Counted from the first letter of the stretch, positions 49,022 through 59,070 are shown. The stretch is DNA of 64,000 bases from Bdellovibrionota bacterium (GCA_041740355.1 JBGSMD010000051.1:96001-160000), one strand, 5' to 3'. Program-made: numbers and translations. Notes: a model not told the origin generated them from the letters alone.

Positions 49022-49967
49022 TAAACCCCGAATCATTTTTTATGGAACTCCAGCCTTCTCGGTTCCAACACTTGAGCAGTTAATTAATAATTCTGCTTGG
49101 GAAATAGTTGCAGTTATTACTCAACCAGATCGCCCTAGTGGTCGCGGAAAAAAACTTCAACATTCACCAATTAAAGACTTAGCCTTAAAACATAATTTGC
49201 CAGTCTTACAACCGGAAAATATTAAGCGCGAGATAGCTGAATTTTTATCTGAGCTACAAATGCTGGCTCCAATTGACCTTGCTGTCGTCCTTGCTTTTGG
49301 CCAGATCATCCCTTTAAGCGTTTTAGAATTTCCCAAAAATGGCTCAGTAAATGTTCATGCTTCACTGCTTCCTAGATGGCGAGGAGCTGCTCCAATTCAT
49401 CGTGCAATCGAAGCCGGTGATTCCGAAACAGGTGTATGTTTAATGAAAATGGAAGCAGGATTAGATACTGGACCAGTCTATTCCTCCAGAACTATTCCAA
49501 TCAAAACTAATGAAACTACCGGTACTCTGCACGATCGCTTAGCAAGATTATCGGCAGAGATAATCAAAGCTGATTTGCTTAAAATTATAAATCAAGAATT
49601 AAGTCTAACTCCCCAGAATTCCAACTTGGCTACTTATGCCAAAAAAATATCTAGAGCAGAAGAAAAAATTAACTGGAACCAGTCAGCAAAAACTATTCAC
49701 AATAAAATTCGCGCCTTCAGTCCTTTCCCTGGTGCGTACACTTCATATCAAGATAAAATTCTTAAAATCTTAGATTCTGAAGTTCGCACTGAGCCACATC
49801 AACATACAGCTGGGCAGATTATCTACGTTGATAAAACTACTTTAGAAATTGCTTGCCAAAATAGTAGTTTAATTATTAAAAGTATTAAAGCCGAAGGTAA
49901 GCGAATTATGACAACTCAAGAATACTTACAAGGAAATAATTTCCAGACAGGAGAACAATTTAAATGA
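49014..49967 (+). CDS. fmt: Methionyl-tRNA formyltransferase
   Basis: F.GTP.F, TQPDRP.GRG, NVHASLLPRWRGAAPI and LDTGP; start taken at ATG 49014. Confidence 0.95.
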   Translation: MNNKPRIIFYGTPAFSVPTLEQLINNSAWEIVAVITQPDRPSGRGKKLQHSPIKDLALKHNLPVLQPENIKREIAEFLSELQMLAPIDLAVVLAFGQIIPLSVLEFPKNGSVNVHASLLPRWRGAAPIHRAIEAGDSETGVCLMKMEAGLDTGPVYSSRTIPIKTNETTGTLHDRLARLSAEIIKADLLKIINQELSLTPQNSNLATYAKKISRAEEKINWNQSAKTIHNKIRAFSPFPGAYTSYQDKILKILDSEVRTEPHQHTAGQIIYVDKTTLEIACQNSSLIIKSIKAEGKRIMTTQEYLQGNNFQTGEQFK

Positions 49968-50617
49968 ATAAGATTATAATTGCCCCATCTATTTTGGCTG
50001 CAAACTTAGGAAACTTATCTCATGACTTAGAACTGATCAACCAATCTCAGGCAGCTTGGATCCACATTGATGTGATGGACGGATCATTTGTGCCTCCAAT
50101 TACTTTTGGAGACAATGTTGTTTCAGTCTGTAAAAAATATTCCCAAAAGTTTCTAGATGTTCACCTAATGATCGACCATCCCGAAAATCATTTTCAGGAA
50201 TTTATTAAAGCAGGAGCAGCAGGTATTACTTTTCATTTAGAAGCAACTAAGCAGGCAAGCAGATTGCTACAATCTTTAAAAGAACAAGGAGTCCAAGCAG
50301 GCCTAGCAATCAAACCAAATACACCATTCGAGTTATTTCAAGATTTAATTCCAGAACTAGATCTGCTTTTAATTATGACCGTTGAGCCTGGCTATGGTGG
50401 ACAGGCATTTATGCCCGAGATGATTAATAAAATTAAGCTCGCTGCAGAGTATATCAACACTAAAAAGCTCCCTACTAAAATACAAGTGGATGGTGGAATT
50501 AATTTAGAAACCGGCAAAAAATGTTGGCAAGCAGGAGCAGAAATATTAGTTGCTGGATCTTATGTTTTCAATCATGATAATCCAGTATTGCAAATTGATT
50601 CTTTACTCTTTTCATAA
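49964..50617 (+). CDS. rpe: Ribulose-phosphate 3-epimerase
   Basis: APSIL, H.DVMDG.FVP, DVHLM, MTV.PG.GGQ, VDGGI and VAGS. Confidence 0.95.
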   Translation: MNKIIIAPSILAANLGNLSHDLELINQSQAAWIHIDVMDGSFVPPITFGDNVVSVCKKYSQKFLDVHLMIDHPENHFQEFIKAGAAGITFHLEATKQASRLLQSLKEQGVQAGLAIKPNTPFELFQDLIPELDLLLIMTVEPGYGGQAFMPEMINKIKLAAEYINTKKLPTKIQVDGGINLETGKKCWQAGAEILVAGSYVFNHDNPVLQIDSLLFS

Positions 50618-51205
50618 ATGACCACACTTCTTATTCTAATTTGTGCCTATTTAATCGGATGTTTTCCCACAGGACTAATAGTTGCTAAGTCTCAAGGAAT
50701 TGATATTACAAAAATTGGCAGTGGAAATGTTGGCGCTACTAATATTGCTCGTAACATTGGTAAGAAAGCTGGCTTAATTACCTTAGTGGTTGATTTACTA
50801 AAAGGCCTCCTTCCCGTCTTAGTCGTTACCAACATTGAGTCACTAAATAACATCAACAGTCTGGTTGCAATCATGACAGTCCTCGGACACTGTTTCTCCC
50901 TGCCAAAATTTTTAAAGGGTGGTAAAGGTGTGGCAACTGGACTGGGGGCAATCTTAGGATTATCACCGCTACTTGGAATTAGTGCTCTGATTATTTTTGG
51001 GGTTATTTTTAAACTAAAACGAATTGTATCTTTAGCTTCGCTTATCGCCGTTGCTGCCGTCCCTTTTCTTGGGGTAATACTGACAGCTAACTGGGACTTT
51101 GGAACTCACCTGCTAATCATCAGCTTGGTTATTGCCTACAAACATCGTGAAAATATTCAGCGTTTACTATCTGGCGAGGAACAAGTCTTTACGAGCAAGA
51201 GCTAA
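50618..51205 (+). CDS. plsY: Glycerol-3-phosphate acyltransferase PlsY
   Basis: GSGN.GATN..R, D..KG, GH, GGKGVAT and H..NI.RL..G.E. Confidence 0.94.
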   Translation: MTTLLILICAYLIGCFPTGLIVAKSQGIDITKIGSGNVGATNIARNIGKKAGLITLVVDLLKGLLPVLVVTNIESLNNINSLVAIMTVLGHCFSLPKFLKGGKGVATGLGAILGLSPLLGISALIIFGVIFKLKRIVSLASLIAVAAVPFLGVILTANWDFGTHLLIISLVIAYKHRENIQRLLSGEEQVFTSKS

Positions 51206-51450
51206 GTAAAAATTTATAAAATTACATTTTACGTAGCAACTTTATCAATATCTTTGTAACCAATAAATTTTCTATAATGACCACTGCTTACTTGTAACTA
51301 CTTGATACTATTAAAGATAATACTAATTGTTAAATATCGCTAAAAGTTGATCCGGCACTAGGTAAGCAATAAACAGAACCCCTTAAAGTTGACTAATTCA
51401 GCTAGATAACTTATTACTAACGACCTAAAATTACTTTACATTTTTTTATT

Positions 51451-52050
51451 ATGAGTTACAGAGGCCCAAAAGTTAAATTATCCCGCAAGCTAGGAATTGC
51501 ACTGACAGATAAAGCTGCAGTAGTAATGAACAAACGCCCAAATCCACCAGGACAACATGGTGCCAAAAGAAGAAAGGCACAGTCAGAATTTGGTAAGCAG
51601 TTACTTGAAAAGCAACGTTTAAAGTTTCAATATAATATTAGTGAAAGACAATTAAGAAAATATTGTGACGATGCTATCAAAAGTAAAGGAAATAGTTCTG
51701 AACTTCTAATCAATACTTTAGAGTCTCGCTTAGATGCAATGATCTATCGTTCTGGTTACTGTCCAACAATTTTTGCTGCTCGCCAGTTCGTTGTTCACGG
51801 ACACGTTATGGTTAATGGCAAAAAAGTAGATATTCCTTCTTTCTTAGTTAAGACTACTGACATTGTTGCAGTTAAAGAAAAGAGCCAACAACTTCCGATG
51901 GTTCAGGTTGCAGTTCATAAAACAATTGTTCCTCCATACATCGAGCAAGACAAAAGTGCTTACACATGTAAGTTCATGCGTTCGCCTGAAAGACAAGAAG
52001 TTCCAATCATCTGTGAATTACAGCGCGTTGTGGAATTCTATTCTAGATAA
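51451..52050 (+). CDS. rpsD: 30S ribosomal protein S4 (stand-alone)
   Basis: PPGQHG, QL.EKQ.L...Y, LE.RLD, ARQ.V.HGH and VVEFYSR. Confidence 0.95.
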   Translation: MSYRGPKVKLSRKLGIALTDKAAVVMNKRPNPPGQHGAKRRKAQSEFGKQLLEKQRLKFQYNISERQLRKYCDDAIKSKGNSSELLINTLESRLDAMIYRSGYCPTIFAARQFVVHGHVMVNGKKVDIPSFLVKTTDIVAVKEKSQQLPMVQVAVHKTIVPPYIEQDKSAYTCKFMRSPERQEVPIICELQRVVEFYSR

Positions 52051-52071
52051 CTTCTTAGATAGAACAAAAAG

Positions 52072-52109
52072 AAAAACCAGATTAAGTTAATACTTAATCT
52101 GGTTTTTTT
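52072..52109. terminator. Rho-independent terminator (probably bidirectional)
   Basis: AAAAACCAGATTAAGT-TAAT-ACTTAATCTGGTTTTTTT between convergent genes. Confidence 0.8.
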
Positions 52110-52163
52110 GTATCTACTAATTCCTAAAAAAATTGATACTTAGAAAATCTAACCACTCAATTT

Positions 52164-52649
52164 CTATGAGCAAGATCCCCAGCTCAACCAAGCATCAGAA
52201 TAACCCCCTGTGTTAGCTTGTATTACGTAGGTTCCAGACACTCGACAATCCTTTACCCCAAGATAAATTTGATAGCCAGCTCCAAAACCACCATTTTTGG
52301 TGATTGATAAAAAATAACGAAGCCTATTTGGGTCGGTGTTATTAAGAAGGGATGGCATATAAAATCCCAAACCATTATGAGTAGCTGAATAATTTGTTTT
52401 ATTTTCTGTCATTACAGTTGCAGAAATAGACATAGAGGCTGAATAACCGTGTGCTAGTGAAGACGAACCTATTGGGATATCATCTACTATTGCATTGGCC
52501 GCTGTCAAAATGTTCTTTGACGTTGTGATAACATTTGCTTTATAAGCAGCTTTTCGAAACTCCTCAAATACTTGGACAGACAAACTAGCTAAAATACCTA
52601 CGACTACAATAATTACTAATAGTTCAACTAGGGTAAATCCCTTGTTCAT
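52164..52649 (-). CDS. Type IV pilin / pseudopilin-like protein
   Basis: Prepilin motif MNKG|FTLVELL followed by a hydrophobic helix; two C-terminal Cys. Confidence 0.82.
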   Translation of the reverse strand: MNKGFTLVELLVIIVVVGILASLSVQVFEEFRKAAYKANVITTSKNILTAANAIVDDIPIGSSSLAHGYSASMSISATVMTENKTNYSATHNGLGFYMPSLLNNTDPNRLRYFLSITKNGGFGAGYQIYLGVKDCRVSGTYVIQANTGGYSDAWLSWGSCS

Positions 52650-52682
52650 TTTAGCTTTAAATAAAATAATAATTAACAAGAC

Positions 52683-53738
52683 TTAGATTCCTCTCATCCA
52701 ATTAAACCGATCAACAATTTTCCCATAGCGAATATCAGTAAATTCCTTAGCAATCTTGGAAGATAAAGAATCTGAATTAAACTCTGGCAGTTGATAATCT
52801 TGTCCTTGAAAACCAATTGTTTTAATTGGGGCCACAACCGCAGCAGTACCCATTCCAAAAGCTTCTTGCAAGATACCTGCATCAATTGCTGAGATAATCT
52901 CTTTAACAGCTACGGGGCGCTCTTCAATCTCCATGCCCCAACCTTTAGCCATCTCCAAAATAGAATCCCTAATAACACCTGCTAAAATAGTATCACCTAA
53001 TGCCGGAGTAACAAGCTTACCGTTAATTAAGAACATCAAATTCATTGTACCGGACTCTTCCACAAACTGGTGAGTTGCCGCATCAGTCCAGATTAGTTGG
53101 TCATAACCATCTTTTTGGGCCGCAAACATAGGATTTAATGAGGCAGCATAATTACCTGCTGTTTTAGCAAAACCTGTTCCACCCTTCGAAGCCCGACAAT
53201 AATGTTCCTCCACCCGGACCTTTAATGGTTGAGAATAATATTTCCCAACAGGACACGAAAAAATTATAAATTTATATTTAGTGGAAGGACGAATCCCAAT
53301 ATACTCATCAGCAGCAAAGACAAAGGGACGGATATACAATGACATTCCCTCACCCGCAGGGACCCAGGCCTTGTCTAGATTTAAAAGGGCATTTAATCCA
53401 TCAAAAAATATTTCTTCCGAAATAGCTGGCATTTGCATTCGTTCAGCAGAACGATTTAAACGGGCCCAATTTTTTTCCGGTCTAAACAATTTAACTTGAT
53501 CATCAATTGTGCGGTAAGCTTTCATTCCCTCAAAAATTGATTGTCCATAATGCAAAGTAGCGTTTCCTGGCGTTAAGCTTAATGGTCCATAGGGCTCAAT
53601 TCGAAAATCAGTCCATTCACCATCATAATCAGCAACAAACATATGATCGGCATAAGTCCTACCAAAAACTAAATTCTGAAAATCAACCTCGCTGATAGCA
53701 GATATAGGTTTTTTATTGAGCTTAATATTTATCGACAT
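52683..53738 (-). CDS. ilvE: Branched-chain amino acid aminotransferase
   Basis: HYGQ.IFEG.KA, LYIRP, AK.AGNYA, E.GTMN, IL.G..RDS and GTAA. Confidence 0.94.
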   Translation of the reverse strand: MSINIKLNKKPISAISEVDFQNLVFGRTYADHMFVADYDGEWTDFRIEPYGPLSLTPGNATLHYGQSIFEGMKAYRTIDDQVKLFRPEKNWARLNRSAERMQMPAISEEIFFDGLNALLNLDKAWVPAGEGMSLYIRPFVFAADEYIGIRPSTKYKFIIFSCPVGKYYSQPLKVRVEEHYCRASKGGTGFAKTAGNYAASLNPMFAAQKDGYDQLIWTDAATHQFVEESGTMNLMFLINGKLVTPALGDTILAGVIRDSILEMAKGWGMEIEERPVAVKEIISAIDAGILQEAFGMGTAAVVAPIKTIGFQGQDYQLPEFNSDSLSSKIAKEFTDIRYGKIVDRFNWMRGI

Positions 53739-53915
53739 ATAAAAATTAGGTAAAAGTATACTAAGAGTATAACAAGAAGCTTCGGCTCTGGAAAGTCAGG
53801 GATACTAAATGAATTTCGATATTTACAAAGTACCTCTTAATGGTCGCAGGATCGCTAGGGTTATTAACCTTAAAAAATATGTTTAATAACTGAGGAAAAC
53901 AAAGATACTACCTAT

Positions 53916-54686
53916 TTATCTTAGCAAATGGCGATTAGTATTTTCTGCTTCCTTTATTCTGGCTTCAGAAAATAGGCGGTGGGCACTACGAATATTTGGA
54001 TGAGTATAATGACAGTCAATCAACTCCGAAACGGTCTTGTTCAATAAGAATAAGGAATCAGCCAAGACAGCCTCTGTTAAATTTCTTTGATCTAAACTAC
54101 TTTGCATCTTACTAAAACTTAGATCCATGGTGTCATCACTTTGTGCTAGTGCTAACTCCTGCAATTCTTGCTGGACATAGCCATCAAGTATTATTTTCTT
54201 TAGGCCCTCAGTCAATAATGCTTGATATGCTTTGATAAAAAATCTAGGTTCAACCTGAGTCTCAAACTTAAGTTGCGTGACCTTTAAAAGATACTCATGT
54301 AAATCAAGGCCAGTTGATTCTTTGAAAGAATTTAAAAACTCCGTGCGCAATTCGCTAGCATTGAGTCTATGTACTTCCTTTTCGTTAGTAATTTTACTAA
54401 ATCGGAATTCTTTTTTTTCACCTGATGTTAAATCAAGAAAGGTAACTTTAGGAAGTGCTGAAGTACGGTCAGCTTCTAGCTTAATAGAAAGAAGCATCGT
54501 GGAAACTAGCTTCAACAAGATTTTCTCATCTTTAGTTAATTCTGGATTAGTCTGAATTCTATCTAAACACTCGGCCTGTGACTTACTAGCAGGTGGTAGC
54601 GGGGTGAGGTTTGTACGCGAGGCTCTTCCACCCTCAAAATCTAAGGTCCCTTGAACAACATTTGGTTTTTGTCGATCAGAACGCAT
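53916..54686 (-). CDS. Hypothetical protein (orphan)
   Basis: 256-aa ATG ORF, helical; no family recognised. Confidence 0.6.
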   Translation of the reverse strand: MRSDRQKPNVVQGTLDFEGGRASRTNLTPLPPASKSQAECLDRIQTNPELTKDEKILLKLVSTMLLSIKLEADRTSALPKVTFLDLTSGEKKEFRFSKITNEKEVHRLNASELRTEFLNSFKESTGLDLHEYLLKVTQLKFETQVEPRFFIKAYQALLTEGLKKIILDGYVQQELQELALAQSDDTMDLSFSKMQSSLDQRNLTEAVLADSLFLLNKTVSELIDCHYTHPNIRSAHRLFSEARIKEAENTNRHLLR

Positions 54687-54784
54687 CGAGTTAAATATAT
54701 TTTAAACTCACAGACAAATGCTAGCTTACAGAAGCGCACATTCTGTCGCAAGAAAAAACTTACTAATAATCTGAGCTAAACGCA

Positions 54785-56035
54785 CTAACCTACAGCTCTT
54801 TCTTTACGGGCAACTAATAATGGCGTTGCTTGTCCCTGAATCACCTCGGCTGTTACTACAACTTCACTAATATTATCCATACTTGGAATATCAAACATGA
54901 CTTCCAGAAGGGACTTCTCAATAATGCCACGTAATCCTCGCGCCCCAGTTTGTTTAGTAATTGCTAACTCAGCAATTGCTTTTAAGGCATCGGTTGTGAA
55001 AGTAAGGGCAACATCATTAACATTTAGTAATTCCTGAAATTGCTTGACCAAAGCATTTTTAGGCTCAGTTAAAATTCGAACTAAATCAGCAGCATCTAAA
55101 CTTTTAAGTGGTGCGACAATTGGTAATCTTCCTAAAAATTCAGGAATCATCCCAAACTTCATGAGATCATCTGTTTCCACTTCTAAAATTGCTGTTTCAG
55201 CATTGAAATTTGCTTTTCGTTCCATGCCAAAACCTAAGGACTTATTCCCATTACGGTTAGAAATAATCCGTTCCAGGCCTTCAAATGCACCACCAAAGAT
55301 AAATAAGATATCGCTGGTATCAACTTGAATAAATTCTTGTTGCGGATGCTTTCGTCCACCCTTAGGAGGAATATTCGCGACAGTTCCCTCCATCATCTTT
55401 AGTAACGCTTGCTGTACGCCTTCTCCGGAAACGTCACGTGTAATTGAAGGGCTATCAGATTTACGAGAAAGCTTATCAATCTCATCTACAAACACAATTC
55501 CATGTTGCGCCCTGGCAACATCATAATTGGCTGACTGTAATAATCCCGCTACAATATTTTCTACGTCCTCTCCAACATAACCTGCTTCGGTTAAAGTTGT
55601 TGCATCAACCATGGCAAAAGGAACATCAATAATCTTAGCAATTGTTTGCGCGAGTAATGTCTTTCCAGAACCAGTTGGCCCAAGGATTAGAACATTTGAT
55701 TTACTTAATTCTACCTCTGACTCTATGTCGAAATTATTATTAATTCTTTTATAATGATTGTGAACAGCAACAGAAAGGATTTTTTTTGCTTCCTCTTGGC
55801 CAATAATATGCTGATCTAATTTTTCCTTGATAATTTTAGGAGAAGGGATAGTCAGTTTTTGATGCTGGCTAGCCCTTTTTTTGGTATCTTTTTTTAAAAC
55901 CTGATTGCAATTTTCAACGCAAGAATTACAAATATATACTCCCGGACCAGCGATTAACTTTTTAGTTACTTCCTGACCTGAACCACAGAAGGAACAAGTT
56001 AAGTTTCCACGAAGCGTCTTGCGATCTATTGCCAT
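54785..56035 (-). CDS. clpX: ATP-dependent Clp protease ATP-binding subunit ClpX
   Basis: CSFC...C..C zinc domain, [36 protein letters not shown] loop and TGARGLR. Confidence 0.97.
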   Translation of the reverse strand: MAIDRKTLRGNLTCSFCGSGQEVTKKLIAGPGVYICNSCVENCNQVLKKDTKKRASQHQKLTIPSPKIIKEKLDQHIIGQEEAKKILSVAVHNHYKRINNNFDIESEVELSKSNVLILGPTGSGKTLLAQTIAKIIDVPFAMVDATTLTEAGYVGEDVENIVAGLLQSANYDVARAQHGIVFVDEIDKLSRKSDSPSITRDVSGEGVQQALLKMMEGTVANIPPKGGRKHPQQEFIQVDTSDILFIFGGAFEGLERIISNRNGNKSLGFGMERKANFNAETAILEVETDDLMKFGMIPEFLGRLPIVAPLKSLDAADLVRILTEPKNALVKQFQELLNVNDVALTFTTDALKAIAELAITKQTGARGLRGIIEKSLLEVMFDIPSMDNISEVVVTAEVIQGQATPLLVARKERAVG

Positions 56036-56187
56036 GAGCTAAACCTTTTAAAAACCATCCACGAACAAAATGAATTAGAATTACCCAAACTTAAGTCTTT
56101 TATATAAGACTAAATTAAGGTCATAACTATATGATGCTATCGGATGCTATTTGGTAGCGAATAAATCCTTTATCTAAAAAGAATCAG

Positions 56188-56240
56188 TATATAGAACGTC
56201 CAAAAATGGATTTCTGTTAAGAAAATTATTTTTTGAGGCT
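56188..56240 (-). mobile_element. Degenerate partial MITE-like copy (terminal hairpin)
   Basis: TATATAGAACGTCCAAAAATGGATTTC...GAAAATTATTTTTTGAGG resembles 45059-45116 and 57434-57490. Confidence 0.55.
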
Positions 56241-56268
56241 CGAGCGTCTAGCATTTACATTGTAGTTT

Positions 56269-56301
56269 CTTGTCCGCCGAAGTTTTAGCGAAGGCGGAAG
56301 C
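56269..56301 (+). repeat. REP-like unit
   Basis: CTTGTCCGCCGAAGTTTTAGCGAAGGCGGAAGC. Confidence 0.78.
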
Positions 56302-56342
56302 GAAAGAGGGATAGACACGTTTAAATGCCTAAAAACAACAAA

Positions 56343-56408
56343 TATATAGTAGGCCTAACTGGAATTCCGAAAAGGTTTTTCGGAAATTCCTTCTTAGGTT
56401 TACTATAT
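56343..56408. repeat. Long hairpin with MITE-like TATAGTA...TACTATA ends
   Basis: TATATAGTAGGCCTAA..GGAATTCCGAAAA / TTTTCGGAAATTCC..TTAGGTTTACTATAT. Confidence 0.6.
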
Positions 56409-56470
56409 TATTTTAAATACTGACTCTTTTTACTTAATATAGTAGTCTAATCTAAGAATTTATTAGCAAA

Positions 56471-56674
56471 TTGAAGGATTCCATGGAATTTAAAGAAAAA
56501 GACAGAGTTAAAAGCACACGTTCTAAAGGTAGCTTAGGAACTGTAATTCAAGTAAGGAAAGAGGCTATTACCAATAGTGCCTCAAAAAAAGCAATTCCGG
56601 AACTGATTAAAGTACAGTGGGATAATGGGACCAAATCCTACTTTGATCCAAGTAGCTTAGAGATAGTCAAATAA
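56471..56674 (+). CDS. Small SH3-like beta-barrel hypothetical protein
   Basis: F...DRV......GTV......V.WD.G pattern; probable ATG at 56483. Confidence 0.6.
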   Translation: MKDSMEFKEKDRVKSTRSKGSLGTVIQVRKEAITNSASKKAIPELIKVQWDNGTKSYFDPSSLEIVK

Positions 56675-56690
56675 GTTTAATAAGTGAAAG

Positions 56691-56720
56691 ACTTTCCATC
56701 TAATGATATAGGTGGAAAGT
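56691..56720. terminator. Hairpin between convergent genes
   Basis: ACTTTCCATCTA / TAGGTGGAAAGT. Confidence 0.55.
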
Positions 56721-56731
56721 AGGAAAATTGT

Positions 56732-57415
56732 TTAATTCTGAATAACAACTTCCACGCGCCGGTTCTTAGAACGTCCGCTATTTGTAGTATTAATATCTAC
56801 AGGCCTAGACTCACCATAACCTTTCACCGTCAATCTGCTTCTAGATACCCCTTTGGCAACGATCTCATCGGCTACAGAGTATGCACGGTCCTCGGAAAGT
56901 CGCTTGTTATAAGTCATTGTTCCGACAGAATCTGTATGACCTTCTATTAATACGCTACGATCAGGATACTTACGGACCACATCGGTAATTTCTCCGATCT
57001 TGCTGTAAGAATCAGATCTCAAGCGATGGCTATTAAAATCAAAAAGAACATCAGGTAGGTTTACAACAATACCGCGGTCTGTTTGACTAACATCTAGTCC
57101 ACCGGCCTTTAACTCGCGAATCATTCGCTCATTCTCTTGAATCATCTGATCCTGTGCGGAAAGTCGCTGATCCATTTGATCCATCGCTTCATCCTGCTTA
57201 TCCATGGAGTTTCCAATTAAACCACCACTAATTGCGCCAAGTCCGGCACCGATTGCCACACCAGCACCAGCCGAACCAGTTTTATGACCTATTATTGCAC
57301 CTAATCCAGCCCCCAAGGCACCACCAGCAGCAGCTCCTTTATCTCGACTATTCATTTGGTAGCCACTACAAGAACAGAGGGCAATAACTAAAACTAAAGC
57401 TAAATACTTTTTCAT
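56732..57415 (-). CDS. Glycine-zipper OmpA-family lipoprotein
   Basis: Lipobox LCSC, glycine zipper, IEGHTDS.G...YN..LS..RA and NRRVE. Confidence 0.9.
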   Translation of the reverse strand: MKKYLALVLVIALCSCSGYQMNSRDKGAAAGGALGAGLGAIIGHKTGSAGAGVAIGAGLGAISGGLIGNSMDKQDEAMDQMDQRLSAQDQMIQENERMIRELKAGGLDVSQTDRGIVVNLPDVLFDFNSHRLRSDSYSKIGEITDVVRKYPDRSVLIEGHTDSVGTMTYNKRLSEDRAYSVADEIVAKGVSRSRLTVKGYGESRPVDINTTNSGRSKNRRVEVVIQN

Positions 57416-57433
57416 CTGAATTCTAATAATTAA

Positions 57434-57580
57434 TATAGTAAGTCCAAAAAGTAATTTCCATTGGGATATTATTTTTTGGAGATTTCTATTCCCCGGAGGG
57501 ATAGTAAAATGATATAGTTATGACAAAAAACACAAACCTAATTTTTAAACATTCGGAAAATACTTTTTGTCATAACTTTA
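57434..57580 (-). mobile_element. ~148-bp MITE-like triple-hairpin repeat, copy 4
   Basis: TATAGTAAGTCCAAAAAGTAATTTCC...TTTTTTGGA / CTATTCCCCGGAGGGATAG / TATAGTTATGACAAAAAA...TTTTTGTCATAAC. Confidence 0.8.
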
Positions 57581-57606
57581 AACTTTCGATTAAATAACGA
57601 AATAAA

Positions 57607-58572
57607 TTATAATTTATTCATTAAATCTTTTGCTTCTTGATTCTCAGGATCACGTTTCAGTGCTTCCTGAAGCTCATGCCGAGCTTCGTCCTTCCGATCA
57701 AGCTCTAAGTAAACTTTCCCAAGTCCCGTATGAACTGTGAGATCTTCTGGGCAAAGACGCTGTGCCCTACGAAAATGATATAATTTTTCTGCTGTAATTT
57801 CAGCCTGCCCAGCAGAAGAAATTTCTTTCTTTGCTTCCTGACATTCCGGCGTAACACTTGGAGCACTTGCAGTAGTTGTTTCTTGATTCCAATTATAAGC
57901 TGCCCGTGTGTCCATTTCTTGAATTGCTTGAACTTTTGGCAATTCTTGCTGGGGAACTGGTGCAACATCTACCTTAGCTACAACTACTGGCTCTGACTCA
58001 ATTATTGCTGTTTCACTGATTATTGGCTCAATTACTTTGACCTCTTGGATTTGCTCAATCTCTTCCACTGGCATTGCTGTTGGTACTTCAATGGGAGCAG
58101 ATTCCAAAGCCACAGGAGCTCTTTCAAAATTAGATTCAGCAATTTTAGAAGACGCTAAATGATTTGTACTCTGCGGAAATGATTCTTTCAAATCTTTCTC
58201 AATTACTAAATTCGAAGCAGGAGGATTACCAGTAAATGATACTTGATCTTGAGTAGAACGACGTAGCTGATCCACTTCATTTTGATGAAGTTGCAACTGT
58301 CTTTGCTGTTGTTGAATTGTTTCTGCTTGAGTATCAATAACATCATCTTTTTCTTGGAAGCGATGTCCGATCATAGCCCCAACACCAGCGCCCGCAATTG
58401 TTCCTAAGGCTAATCCCCCAGCAGTACTTCCCGACTGGCTTCCAATTACAGCTCCCAGTCCACCACCGACAACAGCACCTGCGGCAGCCCCACGATCACT
58501 GTCATTTGCCTGATAATCAGAACTAGAACAGCCAACGATTAGTGATAAAATTATCGGAATAATATACTTCAT
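57607..58572 (-). CDS. Lipoprotein with glycine zipper, low-complexity linker and C-terminal TPR
   Basis: Lipobox IVGC, glycine zipper, coiled coil, E/P/V-rich linker and LG..Y.......A......AL..DP TPR. Confidence 0.78.
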   Translation of the reverse strand: MKYIIPIILSLIVGCSSSDYQANDSDRGAAAGAVVGGGLGAVIGSQSGSTAGGLALGTIAGAGVGAMIGHRFQEKDDVIDTQAETIQQQQRQLQLHQNEVDQLRRSTQDQVSFTGNPPASNLVIEKDLKESFPQSTNHLASSKIAESNFERAPVALESAPIEVPTAMPVEEIEQIQEVKVIEPIISETAIIESEPVVVAKVDVAPVPQQELPKVQAIQEMDTRAAYNWNQETTTASAPSVTPECQEAKKEISSAGQAEITAEKLYHFRRAQRLCPEDLTVHTGLGKVYLELDRKDEARHELQEALKRDPENQEAKDLMNKL

Positions 58573-58579
58573 AACTTTC

Positions 58580-58831
58580 CTACTTAGTTTTAAATCTTTC
58601 TGCCCGATCGTTGTAATGTTCCTGCTTCTTTAGCTCAAGATGCTCGCTCTCTTGTCTTTCTTTTTGTTTTTCTTGCATGTTGATTACTTCTTGTTGAATC
58701 CCCAAGCGTTGTTCATGATCATACTTTTCAATGTTGGGTACAAGTGGTTGGTTAGTTTCCGGATTAATTGGAATGGCATTGCATGCTCCGAGAAGGAAAC
58801 AAAGAAGAAAGAAAATTAGAAATTTTTTCAT
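58580..58831 (-). CDS. Small lipoprotein with coiled coil
   Basis: Lipobox LGAC and a Q/E/K-rich C-terminus. Confidence 0.7.
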   Translation of the reverse strand: MKKFLIFFLLCFLLGACNAIPINPETNQPLVPNIEKYDHEQRLGIQQEVINMQEKQKERQESEHLELKKQEHYNDRAERFKTK

Positions 58832-58846
58832 AGATTAGGGAATATG

Positions 58847-59040
58847 TAGCTTAAAAGGAACTTTGCCGGTGCCTATCCGATCCAAAGTAGCACTCAAGAC
58901 AGTAACACTGTTTGAATGAAAGCAAAATATAGGAATATGTAGGCGATGATAAAAATTATTGCTTTTAATAATGAATCACCAGGTAGTTAAAGCTAAGCAT
59001 GCTGCACGCGACTCTTCGAGAGCTTGGTGGCATGTTTAGT
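58847..59040 (+). ncRNA. Candidate structured intergenic RNA
   Basis: 14-bp stem GCTAAGCATGCTGC/GTGGCATGTTTAGT (with G-U pairs that form only on the + strand), plus GCCTAT/GTAGGC, TCAAGACAG/CTGTTTGA and TGCC-GGTG/CACC-A-GGTA. Confidence 0.4.
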
Positions 59041-59070
59041 CTGTAGGCCTTAAATTAAAAAGCAAAGATT

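Noticed and set aside
58868-59040. Group II intron domains V/VI (AAGC...GTTT stem; CCTATCCGAT)
   Set aside because: The order is wrong, the hairpin is too long, and there is no GNRA loop, AY bulge or RT ORF.
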